NCBI GenBank assembly: GCA_966211335.1
Contig: CBIHNF010000001.1
Coordinates: forward strand, 730,847-794,846
Length of the DNA: 64,000 nucleotides
Source of the DNA: an uncultured Alphaproteobacteria bacterium
Lineage (GTDB): Bacteria; Pseudomonadota; Alphaproteobacteria; Micavibrionales; UBA2020
Reading direction: 5' to 3'
Below, one piece after another: positions 54,189 through 63,885 of this stretch; position 1 is the stretch's first letter; every line of letters begins with the position of its first letter. A program made the translations under genes and the position numbers. Under the pieces are notes generated by a model. It was not told the origin of the DNA, searched no databases, and worked only from the letters and a program-made list of their open reading frames with translations.

Positions 54189-54560
54189 ATGCGCGTAATG
54201 GTATTCGTGAAAGCGACGGAAGAGAGCGAAAAGGGCTTCAAGATGACGCCCGAAAATAAAATCCTGCTGGAGGAGATGGGCCGCTATAACGACGAACTTA
54301 TAAAAGCCGGCATTCTTGTGACCGCAGACGGGTTGAAAGAGTCTGCCGCCGGCAAGCGCGTCGCTTTTGACGGCAAGACCCGCACGGTCAGCGACGGTCC
54401 TTTCGAAAACCCGCGCGATCTTGTGGCTGGTTTCTGGCTCTGGGAAGTGAAGGACATGGATGAAGCGGTCGAATGGGTCAAGCGCTGCCCTAACCCCATG
54501 CCCGGCCCCAGCATCATCGAAATCCGCCCGCTGCACGGGCCGGAGGATTTTGAGGAGTAA
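54189..54560 (+). CDS. YCII-related (DGPF) domain protein
   Basis: ATG 54189 has an AAGGAG RBS. SDGPFENPRDLVAGFWLWEV motif. Confidence 0.75.
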   Translation: MRVMVFVKATEESEKGFKMTPENKILLEEMGRYNDELIKAGILVTADGLKESAAGKRVAFDGKTRTVSDGPFENPRDLVAGFWLWEVKDMDEAVEWVKRCPNPMPGPSIIEIRPLHGPEDFEE

Positions 54561-54571
54561 ATCCCCAAAAG

Positions 54572-54601
54572 AAAACCCCGGCGTTACGGGCCGGGGTTTT
54601 T
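54572..54601. terminator. bidirectional rho-independent terminator
   Basis: aaaaccccggc-gttacgg-gccggggtttt, between convergent genes. Confidence 0.8.
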
Positions 54602-54626
54602 ATGCTCCAAGGAGATGGAGAATTTT

Positions 54627-55610
54627 TTAGGCGACTTTAAAGACTTCGTCTTCGAAGGCTTCTTCCCATGAACCTTGGGTCGAGGCTTTAGAATATTCCG
54701 TCGCGCGGTTTTCGAAGAAGTTGGTGTGCTCGGCGCCGTTCAGCATCGCGTCCATCCAGGGCAGCGGGTTTTTCTCGATGCCGAAGACGGGGACGAGGCC
54801 GAGCTGGGTCAGGCGGCGGTCGCCGATGTAGCGGATGTAATCCTTCACTTCCTGCGCGGTGAGGCCTTCGACTTCGCCCATTTCAAAGGCGAGGTCGATG
54901 AAGGCGTCTTCATGGTGGATGATGGTCTTGCAGGCTTCCGTGATGTCGGTGCGGAGCTTTTCCGTCCAGACTTCCGGGTTTTCCTGGATGAAGGTCTTGA
55001 ACAGTTTGATGACGGAGAGCGTGTGCAGCGTTTCATCGCGCACCGACCAGGTCACGATCTGCCCCATGCCCTTCATTTTATTGAAGCGCGGGAAGTTCAT
55101 GAGCATGGCGAAGGAGGCGAACAGCTGCAGGCCTTCCGTGAAGCCGCCGAAAACCGCCATGGTCATGGCGATGCTTTCCTTGTCCTTCACGTTGAAGCTC
55201 TGCATGTAGTCGAACTTGTCCTTCATTTCCTTGTATTTCATGAAGGCCGAATATTCGACTTCCGGCATGCCGAGAGTGTCGAGCAGGTGGGAATAGGCCG
55301 CGATGTGGATCGTCTCGATGTTCGAGAAGGCGCAAAGCATCATCTGCACTTCGGTCGGCTTAAAGACCTGGCTGTAATGCTTCATGTAGCAGTTGTTGAC
55401 TTCGACGTCAGCCTGCGTGAAGAAGCGGAAGATCTGCGTCAGCAGGTTTTTCTCCGCCGGCGTCAGCTTCTTCTTCCAGTCGCGCACGTCTTCCGCCATC
55501 GGCACTTCTTCCGGCAGCCAGTGCACGCGCTGCTGCGTCAGCCAGGCTTCATAGGCCCAGGGATAGTAGAAGGGTTTGTAAACGTGGTTCTCGGTCAGAA
55601 GACGCGACAT
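54627..55610 (-). CDS. nrdB: ribonucleoside-diphosphate reductase beta subunit
   Basis: 327 aa, ferritin-like R2. Typical N-terminus and acidic C-terminal tail. Confidence 0.9.
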   Translation of the reverse strand: MSRLLTENHVYKPFYYPWAYEAWLTQQRVHWLPEEVPMAEDVRDWKKKLTPAEKNLLTQIFRFFTQADVEVNNCYMKHYSQVFKPTEVQMMLCAFSNIETIHIAAYSHLLDTLGMPEVEYSAFMKYKEMKDKFDYMQSFNVKDKESIAMTMAVFGGFTEGLQLFASFAMLMNFPRFNKMKGMGQIVTWSVRDETLHTLSVIKLFKTFIQENPEVWTEKLRTDITEACKTIIHHEDAFIDLAFEMGEVEGLTAQEVKDYIRYIGDRRLTQLGLVPVFGIEKNPLPWMDAMLNGAEHTNFFENRATEYSKASTQGSWEEAFEDEVFKVA

Positions 55611-55641
55611 TTTTTTCTCCGGTATTTTTGCTTATTCCCAA

Positions 55642-55995
55642 TTATACTTTGGCATATGTAGGTTGCAGGCGCTCGTCGTGCGGATTGTAATCGGGTCTGT
55701 TTTCTAAGAACACCTTGTCCGATATGATTAGATCCTTGATTTCCTCGACTTTAAAAGTTCTCCAAGGTGGATCTTGGTTGGATTTGCTGGCTCCAGCAAT
55801 TTGGTAACCAATCAAGACAGTCCTGCCATTTTCAAAGACTCCACAAGCATGGGGTTCAACTATTCTGACGCGGTCATCATAAATAAATTGGACTATTTGC
55901 CGCTTCTCTATTGCCAGCAATAAAGAAGGTGGCGGAGCTGCCGTGTATACTTTTGTGCTAGGCTTAGCCTTTTTTTTGGTCGGTTTAAAAAACAT
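55642..55995 (-). CDS. WYL-domain protein (117 aa), AT-rich
   Basis: IVQFIYDDRVRIVEPHACGVFENGRTVLIGYQ...PPWRTFKVEEIKDL fits the WYL pattern. Lies between nrdA and nrdB. Confidence 0.55.
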   Translation of the reverse strand: MFFKPTKKKAKPSTKVYTAAPPPSLLLAIEKRQIVQFIYDDRVRIVEPHACGVFENGRTVLIGYQIAGASKSNQDPPWRTFKVEEIKDLIISDKVFLENRPDYNPHDERLQPTYAKV

Positions 55996-56168
55996 TAGCT
56001 TTTGACCTGAAGTAATACTTGTCCCTTGGGGGACAGGCAGACGCCGCCCGCGCAGGGCTCGATAAGGTCAAGGCGGGAAAGCTTCTCGAGATGCGAGCGG
56101 GAAACCGGCTCGCAGCGCTCGGGGTTCGACAAAATTTCAAGCGTGGTCAGTTCAGCTGTGCTCAACAT
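55995..56168 (-). CDS. small winged-helix-like protein (57 aa, below the ORF-track cutoff)
   Basis: My translation: MLSTAELTTLEILSNPERCEPVSRSHLEKLSRLDLIEPCAGGVCLSPKGQVLLQVKS. GGAG RBS. TAATG overlap with the WYL gene start. Confidence 0.45.
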   Translation of the reverse strand: MLSTAELTTLEILSNPERCEPVSRSHLEKLSRLDLIEPCAGGVCLSPKGQVLLQVKS

Positions 56169-56235
56169 GATTTGTTGCTCCGTGACGTTTCTTTTTAACG
56201 TGAAATTATCGGCAATAGATTATTGGCAAGCCCAA

Positions 56236-58056
56236 TTACTGGCAAGCCAGGCATTCGTCGTACTTGTTGCCCGTCTCCGATGACCGCGCGGTGGCGGAGG
56301 TCTTCGACTTGCCATCGCCACCATGCGCGTTTTCGGCGCGCTGGATGGATTTGGAGCGGCAGTAGTACAGCGACTTGACGCCGCGCTTCCAGGCCATCCA
56401 GTGAATCTGGTGCAGGTCGCGCTTGTGCACGTCTGCCGGCAGGAAGATGTTCAGCGACTGCGCCTGGCACACATAGGGCGTGCGGTCGGCGGCATGTTCG
56501 ATCAGCCAGCGCTGGTCCAGCTCGAAGGCCGTCTTGAAAACGTCCTTCTCGTCGGCCGAGAGGAAGTCGAGATGCTGGACGGTGCCTTCATTGGTGATGA
56601 TGGACGACCAGGTCTCTTCGTCGTTCTTGCCCTTCTGCTCCAGCAGCTGCTCGAGGTACTTGTTGCGCACGAAATGCGAACCGGAAAGGGTTTTATGTGT
56701 GTAGGCGTTGGCCGTGTTCGGCTCGATGCCCGGCGATGCGCCGCCCGTGATGATCGAGATCGACGCCGTCGGCGCAATCGCGATCTTGTTGGAGAAGCGT
56801 TCCATGATGCCGTATTCCTTGGCATCGGGGCAGGGGCCGCGCTCGTGCGCCAGTTTAATGGAGGCCGCGTCGCAATCTTTCTTGATGTGCTTGAACATGC
56901 GCTTGTTCCAGACTTTCGCCATCACGGATTCAAGCGGGATCATTTTGGACTGCAGGAAGGAGTGGAAGCCCATGACGCCAAGGCCAATCGAGCGCTCGCG
57001 CATGGCGGCGTATTTGGCGCGCATCATGCTGTCCGGCGCACGCGTGATGAAATCGGTCAGCACGTTGTCGAGGAAGCGGGTGCAGTCTTCGATAAAGGTC
57101 GGGTGATCTTCCCATTCCTCGAAATTCTCGAGGTTGAGGGAGGAGAGGCAGCAGACCGCGGTGCGTTCCTGGCCGTGATGGTCTTTCCCCGTCGGCAGCG
57201 TGATTTCCGAGCAGAGGTTGGACATCTTCACGTTGAGGCCCGCAAGCTTGTGATGCTCGGGGATCGCGCGGTTGACGTGATCGGAGAAGAGCAGGTACGG
57301 CTCGCCCGTTTCGATGCGGGCGGTGAGGATGCGGATCCAGAGGGCGCGCGCATTGATGCGCTCCACAACCGAACCGTCTTTCGCCGACAGCAGTGCCCAT
57401 TCTTCGTCTTTTTCGACAGCGCGCATGAACGCATCGGAAATGACAACGCCATGGTGCAGGTTGAGGGCTTTGCGGTTAGGGTCGCCGCCGGAAGGTTTGC
57501 GGAGTTCGACGAACTCTTCAATTTCCGGGTGATGGACGGGCAGGTACACAGCGGCAGAACCGCGGCGCAGCGAACCTTGGGAAATCGCGAGGGTCAGGCT
57601 GTCCTGAACGCGGATGAAGGGGATGATGCCGGAGGTCTTGCCGTTGCGGCCGACTTTTTCGCCGATGGAGCGCAGGTTACCCCAGTAGGAGCCGATGCCG
57701 CCGCCGCGGGAGGCGAGCCAGACGTTCTCGTTCCAAAGGTCGACGATGCCGGACAGGCTGTCATCGCATTCGTTCAGGAAGCAGGAGATGGGCAGGCCGC
57801 GGTCGGTGCCGCCGTTCGAGAGAACGGGGGTTGCGGGCATGAACCAGAGTTTCGAGATATAGTCGTACAGACGCTGCGCATGCGCAGAATCGTCGCTATA
57901 GAACATCGCCACGCGGGCGAAGAGGTCCTGGAAGGACTCGCCCGGCAGCAGATAGCGATCCAGAAGGGTGGCTTTGCCGAATTCCGTTAAATTAGCGTCC
58001 CGTGCGCGGTCAATCGTGACTTTCGCGCCCTTCGCAACCTGTGCGACATCGAACAT
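56236..58056 (-). CDS. nrdA: ribonucleoside-diphosphate reductase alpha subunit
   Basis: Active-site MSNLCSEITLP. C-terminal YDECLACQ. Start set at ATG 58056 (GGGGAGAAG RBS). The track extension to 58200 lacks an RBS. Confidence 0.9.
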   Translation of the reverse strand: MFDVAQVAKGAKVTIDRARDANLTEFGKATLLDRYLLPGESFQDLFARVAMFYSDDSAHAQRLYDYISKLWFMPATPVLSNGGTDRGLPISCFLNECDDSLSGIVDLWNENVWLASRGGGIGSYWGNLRSIGEKVGRNGKTSGIIPFIRVQDSLTLAISQGSLRRGSAAVYLPVHHPEIEEFVELRKPSGGDPNRKALNLHHGVVISDAFMRAVEKDEEWALLSAKDGSVVERINARALWIRILTARIETGEPYLLFSDHVNRAIPEHHKLAGLNVKMSNLCSEITLPTGKDHHGQERTAVCCLSSLNLENFEEWEDHPTFIEDCTRFLDNVLTDFITRAPDSMMRAKYAAMRERSIGLGVMGFHSFLQSKMIPLESVMAKVWNKRMFKHIKKDCDAASIKLAHERGPCPDAKEYGIMERFSNKIAIAPTASISIITGGASPGIEPNTANAYTHKTLSGSHFVRNKYLEQLLEQKGKNDEETWSSIITNEGTVQHLDFLSADEKDVFKTAFELDQRWLIEHAADRTPYVCQAQSLNIFLPADVHKRDLHQIHWMAWKRGVKSLYYCRSKSIQRAENAHGGDGKSKTSATARSSETGNKYDECLACQ

Positions 58057-58704
58057 CGACTTCTCCCCGTAATACATTTTTTTGTTTTTGTTTTCCGCTT
58101 CGACTTTCCGCGCTAAGCCATTCATGTTGAATGAAAAGCACCCGCGAATGATCAGGCTAAGGCACAAGACCTTGGGGCCCGATGAAACAAAGCATACCAC
58201 ATCTTGGTGGGCTGTCTATAAACGGGAGCCGACTAAATTTTCTGCAACAGTCACTTTTTCTCTTGAAAAATAGCGAAGCCCAATAAAAAACCGCGCCGCA
58301 GCATCGCAAGTTTTTTTGCGCTGCAATCGGCGGTCAGAGCTTCGCGCATTCTCCTAATAAACATATGGTAAGCGGAGGGCGCAAAATCCAGTTTCAGAGG
58401 CGTCTTGAGGTTTGATTTTAGCCTTGCCGTCTTAAAAAACCGTTAAGCGAAAAGGCCGCGCCGCGTCGGCAACCCGCGTGGGTCACAAAGTTTTATTGGC
58501 GGATAATTTTTTGGATGATTGTTATGCGTGTGGGCTTATCATACCCCATTTTGCACTTTTTTTACGCATTTTCTGCATTTATTGCACCGCAACACGATAA
58601 TGAATAACGAAGCCGCCGCTTGTGAGTCTATTCCTTGCGGAACCGGGCTTCCGAGAGACCGGCAATACGATCTCCCCGACATACATGTAAGAAAGTAACT
58701 AACA

Positions 58705-58995
58705 ATGCGACCCGATTCCGCGCGCAGCAACCGCTTTGCGCGCAGCCTGACGATTGCCTTTTTGCTGGCCGGCCTTGGCAGTGAAGCCGTCCATACCGAA
58801 GAGGTGCATAACCCCCACGGCAACCGCCGCGAACGTATTGAAGAAATGCGCCAGCGCAGCTTTGAAGCCGCGCACAGCCGCCACGCGCAGCGCAATTTCA
58901 ACGATGGCAACGGCGGGCCTGATCCGCATCCGCTGCTGTCGCAACTGCGCTATGGCCTGCGCCGCCGTGATAAGAAGGGCAGCCAGCCCGCCTGA
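58705..58995 (+). CDS. small hypothetical secreted protein (96 aa)
   Basis: Signal-like N-terminus. Two hairpins and a T-tract follow the stop. Weak RBS. Confidence 0.35.
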   Translation: MRPDSARSNRFARSLTIAFLLAGLGSEAVHTEEVHNPHGNRRERIEEMRQRSFEAAHSRHAQRNFNDGNGGPDPHPLLSQLRYGLRRRDKKGSQPA

Positions 58996-59024
58996 TTGCC
59001 GGGGTTTAACCCCGGTATTCTCCG

Positions 59025-59056
59025 AAAACCCGCGGGCCGTAACCCCGCGGGTTTTT
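59025..59056 (+). terminator. rho-independent terminator
   Basis: acccgcggg-7 nt-cccgcgggt followed by T5. Confidence 0.7.
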
Positions 59057-59310
59057 CATTTGGGTGGAAAGATTCGCCAAAACCTTGAAACGAAGTTGCG
59101 AGCGGTGAGTAATAATATTACCCGCGCAATAAAATAACCAGCCCTAAAGTTGCCGTAGGAACGAGTGACGCAGCAACTTTCCGTTTATTTTCTGAGCCTT
59201 ATTGACATTGGTGCGCTGCGGCATGATGTTGTGCGCGAAATCAACGGCGACCCCGCCCAAAAGCAATCAAGCAATAACCGGGGCGCTTCTTTAAACTCAA
59301 GGTGTGCACT

Positions 59311-59523
59311 ATGCGTCATAATAACTCTGCTACGGAATGCTTCTTCACCCGCTCGCTGATGGACGTCTTCGTCGTCGCGCTCGCGGCTCCCGAAACCTTC
59401 AAAACCCCCGCTGCCCGCAAAGCCTTCCCCCGCGCGAACCCCTTCGCGATCCAGGAAGTCCGTGTCGACATCAACAAGCGCAGCAACGACGGCTGGGACA
59501 ACCCGCCCATGATGTGCGCGTAA
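59311..59523 (+). CDS. small hypothetical protein (70 aa)
   Basis: ATG 59311 has an AAGGTG RBS. Terminator downstream. Confidence 0.4.
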   Translation: MRHNNSATECFFTRSLMDVFVVALAAPETFKTPAARKAFPRANPFAIQEVRVDINKRSNDGWDNPPMMCA

Positions 59524-59569
59524 CAAGTTTCTTGAACTAAAGCCTTTTACTTGGCCTCTCCAAGCCTTA

Positions 59570-59608
59570 AACCCCTTTAGCCCTTACCGGCGAAGGGGTT
59601 TTTCTTTT
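59570..59608 (+). terminator. rho-independent terminator
   Basis: aacccctt...aaggggtt followed by TTTTCTTTT. Confidence 0.6.
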
Positions 59609-59616
59609 GGCGTATA

Positions 59617-60210
59617 TCACAGGAAATCGCAGCCGCTCGAAGTGAACGTCTCAAAGCCGCTGATCTTCCAGGCGATGAGTTTCAACGACGCATCGTATTC
59701 CGCGCGTATGCGAACGCCGGGGCTTCCACCCATCGGGAAACACACCCATTTTGACACGGAAAGCCGGTAAATCGCGATTGCGGTGTCTTTTTTCTTAAGC
59801 TCGTCTGTAATGACATCAGCTGCGTCGGTTGATGCCCCTTCGCGCAGCACAAGGATGTCGTCGATCTGTTGCTTCGGGGTGCCTGCGGGAAACAGTTTAT
59901 CAAGCACAAATTTCAATGCCGAATGGCTTTGATAATAGTCAGCCATATGAAAGGTCTCTATCGAGACAGTTTCCGGCGCCGGAACTTTCGGCGTCAGAGC
60001 AGACTTGATTGAGGTAAAGCTGAAAAACAGAACAACAGAAAGCGCGCAGGTGAGCAGGAATACATCTCTCAGGGCGCTTTTAAACGAAGGACGCTTTTTT
60101 GGTACGACAGACCTAAGCAAGACAATACCGATTGCCAGCGCCGCGCAAGGGATCGCAAAGCTCAGGAATAGAGCGAAAAAAATTGATAAAACGGCCAGAG
60201 GTTCTCCCAT
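59617..60210 (-). CDS. hypothetical membrane protein
   Basis: ATG 60210 (the track's TTG 60264 is unlikely). Two N-terminal TM helices. Confidence 0.55.
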   Translation of the reverse strand: MGEPLAVLSIFFALFLSFAIPCAALAIGIVLLRSVVPKKRPSFKSALRDVFLLTCALSVVLFFSFTSIKSALTPKVPAPETVSIETFHMADYYQSHSALKFVLDKLFPAGTPKQQIDDILVLREGASTDAADVITDELKKKDTAIAIYRLSVSKWVCFPMGGSPGVRIRAEYDASLKLIAWKISGFETFTSSGCDFL

Positions 60211-60429
60211 AAAAAACACTGTAACGGCTCGAGACAGTTTTTGCCCGTGCAATTCCGGCGGCAAATGCGGCAGCTTTATTCATAATACAAGGTATTTTGG
60301 TGCAAGGCGTCATTTCCCATGCCCCAACGCTTGCCCATCGGTTTCACGGGCGGTAAAAGAAGGGCAACGGCGGCGGGGACAAGCCTCGACCGAATGAACT
60401 CGACCTCAGCGGAAAGATAAAAAATCGTC

Positions 60430-61848
60430 ATGGCCAAACGCAACCGCAAGACAAAAATCGTCGCCACCCTCGGCCCCGCGTCCTCGACGCCGGAGATGGT
60501 GCGCAAATTGTTTGATGCGGGCGTCGATATTTTCCGCCTCAACTTCAGCCATGGCGTGCATGAAGACCATGCGAAACGCGTCGAGATGATCCGCGCGCTT
60601 GAAAAAGACGTCGGCACACCAATTGGCATTTTCGCCGACCTGCAGGGCCCGAAATTGCGCCTTGGCACCTTTAAAGATGGTTTCATCGACATTGAAAAGG
60701 GCATGCGCATCACGCTCGACTCAAACCCCGCGCCCGGCAACCAGCAGCGCATCTTTTTGCCGCACCCTGAAATCATGGAGGTGCTGGTCGAAGGCGCCGA
60801 TATTCTGCTCGATGACGGCAAGGTGCATCTGCATGTCATTAAAAAAGGCGCCGACTTTGTTGAAACCGAAGTCATCGCCGGCAAGCGCCTGTCTGACCGC
60901 AAGGGCGTCAACCTGCCGAACGTGCTGCTGAAAGTTTCCGTCCTCACCGAAAAAGACCGCAGAGACCTTGAGGCCGCTCTCAACATGGGCGTTGAATGGA
61001 TTGCGCTGTCCTTCGTGCAGCGCCCGGATGACGTCGCCGAAGCCCGCCGCCTTATTAATGGCCGCGCGAAAATTATCGCCAAACTCGAAAAACCCTCCGC
61101 CATCGAACACCTGGCGCAGATCGTCGATATGTCGGATGCCATCATGGTCGCGCGCGGCGACCTCGGCGTTGAAATTCCGTCGGAAAAAGTGCCGGCCGTG
61201 CAAAAGCGCATCATCCGCGCCTGCCGCCACGCGGGCAAGCCCGTGATCGTGGCAACGCAGATGCTGGAATCCATGATCTCCTCGCCGCGCCCGACGCGGG
61301 CCGAAGCCTCCGACGTTGCGACCGCCATTTATGACGCGGCCGATGCCGTGATGCTCTCGGCCGAAACTGCCTCCGGCGAATATCCCATCGAAGCCGTCTC
61401 CATCATGGACCGCATCGCGATTGATGTGGAGAAGGATGATCTTTACCGCAAAATCATGGACGCGGAACACCCCGACCCCGATAAAAACTCGTCCGACGCT
61501 ATTACGGCGGCTGCCTCTGAAGTCGCCTCCACCATTTCGGCGGCGGCGATTGTGAACTACACGACGTCGGGCTCCACGACGCTCCGCACCGCGCGGGAGC
61601 GGCCGTCTGTGCCCATCCTCTGCCTCACGGCGCATCTGGAAGTCGCGCGGCGTCTGCAGCTGTCTTACGCCGTCCATGCCGTGCATACCGACGATATCGA
61701 CAATTTTGCCGATATGGTGAAAAAGGCCGTGCGCTTTGCGCAGGAACATGGCATCGCCGCCAGCGGCCAGCGCGTCGTCATTACCGCCGGCGTTCCCTTC
61801 GGCACGCCCGGCTCCACCAACATCCTGCGCGTGGCATGGGTTGAATAA
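60430..61848 (+). CDS. pyk: pyruvate kinase
   Basis: 472 aa. KIVATLGPAS N-terminus. MVARGDLGVEIP signature. The large antisense ORFs are shadows. Confidence 0.95.
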   Translation: MAKRNRKTKIVATLGPASSTPEMVRKLFDAGVDIFRLNFSHGVHEDHAKRVEMIRALEKDVGTPIGIFADLQGPKLRLGTFKDGFIDIEKGMRITLDSNPAPGNQQRIFLPHPEIMEVLVEGADILLDDGKVHLHVIKKGADFVETEVIAGKRLSDRKGVNLPNVLLKVSVLTEKDRRDLEAALNMGVEWIALSFVQRPDDVAEARRLINGRAKIIAKLEKPSAIEHLAQIVDMSDAIMVARGDLGVEIPSEKVPAVQKRIIRACRHAGKPVIVATQMLESMISSPRPTRAEASDVATAIYDAADAVMLSAETASGEYPIEAVSIMDRIAIDVEKDDLYRKIMDAEHPDPDKNSSDAITAAASEVASTISAAAIVNYTTSGSTTLRTARERPSVPILCLTAHLEVARRLQLSYAVHAVHTDDIDNFADMVKKAVRFAQEHGIAASGQRVVITAGVPFGTPGSTNILRVAWVE

Positions 61849-61896
61849 CTTTTAACGAAGCATTTTAAAAATCGAATTTTCATCAAGGGGCGAAAT

Positions 61897-63777
61897 ATGT
61901 CTTTTAAAACCTTTCTTCAGCGTTTTCAGGTCGAATATCTGGTCAATGTATTGAAAGCGGCCTTCAACCGCTTCCCGCTGTCGGTCAGCGTTTGTGCCTT
62001 CGGTACCGTGCTTTGCATGCTGATGACGCATGACGTGAAAATTTTCAGCGACGACATGAATGCCCGCATCATGCTGTTTGTTTCCAACAGCGCGGTGCTG
62101 TTCACCGCGGCGAAGCTGTTTGCTGAAAGTTCCGGTTTTGATGCGGCGAAGCGTTGGAGCGTGATGGCGGTTTGCGGTGCGGTTGTTGCCGCGTTCGCCT
62201 TTATCCCCGATCATTTTTCGGCATCGCACCTGTTCTTCGGCGCGGCGCTCTCCCTCTCGATGCTTTTCGCGCCGTACATTCTGCGCAAAAGCGATGAAGA
62301 CAGCGTCTGGTATTACAACTACAGCAACGGTATCTCGCTGGTTATTTCGGGCCTTTCAACACTTCTGCTGTGCATCGGCCTCTGCGCCATTGTCGGCAGC
62401 ATGGATTATCTGTTCGAGCTGCATGTGCCCGGCAAGCTGTACGGCGATATCTGGATTTTCGGCGCCGGTTTCTTCGGCCCGCTGTTGTTCCTCTCCTACC
62501 TGCCGCGCCAGTTCGATTTCGCCAAGGAAGAATGCGTCCTGCTGCCCGGCATCTATTTCATCGCCAATTATCTCCTCGTGCCGCTTGTCCTGATCATGAC
62601 CTGGGTGCTCTACGCCTATTTCGCCAAGATTGTGTACAAATGGGAACTGCCGCGCGGCAACCTTGCCTATATGGTGACGGGCTTTGGCGCGGCCGGCATC
62701 ATCGCCCGCCTAGCCGTCTTCCCGATGCGCGAGAATGGCACCAAGCTGCTGCAGCAGTTCTACCGCTATTTCTATTACCTGCTGCTGATCCCCGTTGGCC
62801 TGCTCGCCTTGGGGCTTTACACGCGCCTGACACAATACGGCATGACGGAGGAACGCTACGCCATTCTGCTGGCGCTTATCTGGCTGGCGGCGCTGTCCGT
62901 CTTTTCCTTCATCAAACCGAAGCAGGCGCATATCAAGCATGTGCCCATGCTGCTGTGTGCCCTGTTTCTGCTCGCTTCCTTCGGCCCCTGGGGCGCCGTG
63001 CCGGTCTCGACCGCCAGCCAGGTCTCCCGCCTTGAAAACTTCCTGAAAGCGGCGGAGGTGATAAAGGCCGACGGCAGCATCGCCAAAACCACCAAAGAAG
63101 TCGCCTTCAACGACCGCAAGGAAATCAGCTCGATTACCGAATACCTGATCTCCCGCGACCGCGAAGCGTCGATCGATAAATATGTCGCGCCTTTCGCCAA
63201 AGAAATCGCCCCGACCAAAGAACAGGTAAGCTACAGCGATGCCTGCAAGGAGCGCAGCTTCTTCAACTGCACCGCGCAATATGACCGCGCCGAAAAACTC
63301 GTCAATGCCTGGGGCATGAAATGGGTGACGCGCTGGGACAGCGATGAGTCGGACGAATATTATTCCCTGACCACGACCGACAATAACTGGTACGGCGACA
63401 AGCTGATGAAGGTTGCGCCCTATGAATATATCGCACGGCTCAATCTCGGCGTTGGCGAAAACCCGTCGGCGCAGCCCTTCTCCCAGCAGGACAAGGACGG
63501 CATCAAGCTGAAGTATAAGCTGTCGCCGGATGGTAAGCTGCAGCTGCAGGAAGGGGAGGCAGGACCCCTGCTGGCCTTCGACCTCGCCCCCATTGCGAAA
63601 AAATTCTATGACGAGAAAGTCACCAGCGTTCCGGCGGATAAAGCCGCCACCATGGTGCTGACCGCAGAATCGGGCAGCTTCCGGGCACGTCTCGAGATAT
63701 CGGACATCCGCGGGCGCATGAAAAACGGCGTGCTGGTATTTGAATCCGCCACCATGACGGCCTTCATTTCGCCTTGA
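61897..63777 (+). CDS. polytopic membrane protein with C-terminal soluble domain (DUF4153-like?)
   Basis: 626 aa. About 10-12 hydrophobic helices in the first 370 aa. The family assignment comes from memory only. Confidence 0.65.
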   Translation: MSFKTFLQRFQVEYLVNVLKAAFNRFPLSVSVCAFGTVLCMLMTHDVKIFSDDMNARIMLFVSNSAVLFTAAKLFAESSGFDAAKRWSVMAVCGAVVAAFAFIPDHFSASHLFFGAALSLSMLFAPYILRKSDEDSVWYYNYSNGISLVISGLSTLLLCIGLCAIVGSMDYLFELHVPGKLYGDIWIFGAGFFGPLLFLSYLPRQFDFAKEECVLLPGIYFIANYLLVPLVLIMTWVLYAYFAKIVYKWELPRGNLAYMVTGFGAAGIIARLAVFPMRENGTKLLQQFYRYFYYLLLIPVGLLALGLYTRLTQYGMTEERYAILLALIWLAALSVFSFIKPKQAHIKHVPMLLCALFLLASFGPWGAVPVSTASQVSRLENFLKAAEVIKADGSIAKTTKEVAFNDRKEISSITEYLISRDREASIDKYVAPFAKEIAPTKEQVSYSDACKERSFFNCTAQYDRAEKLVNAWGMKWVTRWDSDESDEYYSLTTTDNNWYGDKLMKVAPYEYIARLNLGVGENPSAQPFSQQDKDGIKLKYKLSPDGKLQLQEGEAGPLLAFDLAPIAKKFYDEKVTSVPADKAATMVLTAESGSFRARLEISDIRGRMKNGVLVFESATMTAFISP

Positions 63778-63885
63778 TTTACGGGCTTTTCGGGCAATTG
63801 TACCGCAGGCGGCTTTTCTGATTGACATATACTCTTAACGACTATATGTTATGCTCTTATTGAGAATAACAGAAAAGAGCCCGTC

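Noticed and set aside
58163-58210. Two partially palindromic elements (CACAAGACCTTGGGG and CCACATCTTGGTGG) upstream of nrdA, considered as NrdR boxes.
   Set aside because: They do not fit the 16-bp NrdR consensus (acaCwAtATaTwGtgt) in length or in the AT-rich centre. Centre-to-centre spacing is about 34 bp rather than about 31-32 bp.
58300-58560. Cobalamin riboswitch in the nrdA leader, which is common upstream of class I RNR genes.
   Set aside because: I could not find the conserved core elements (GGGAA, GGTGAAAATCC-type, GCCACTG B12 box) on the coding strand. Only a generic hairpin plus U-tract is reported.
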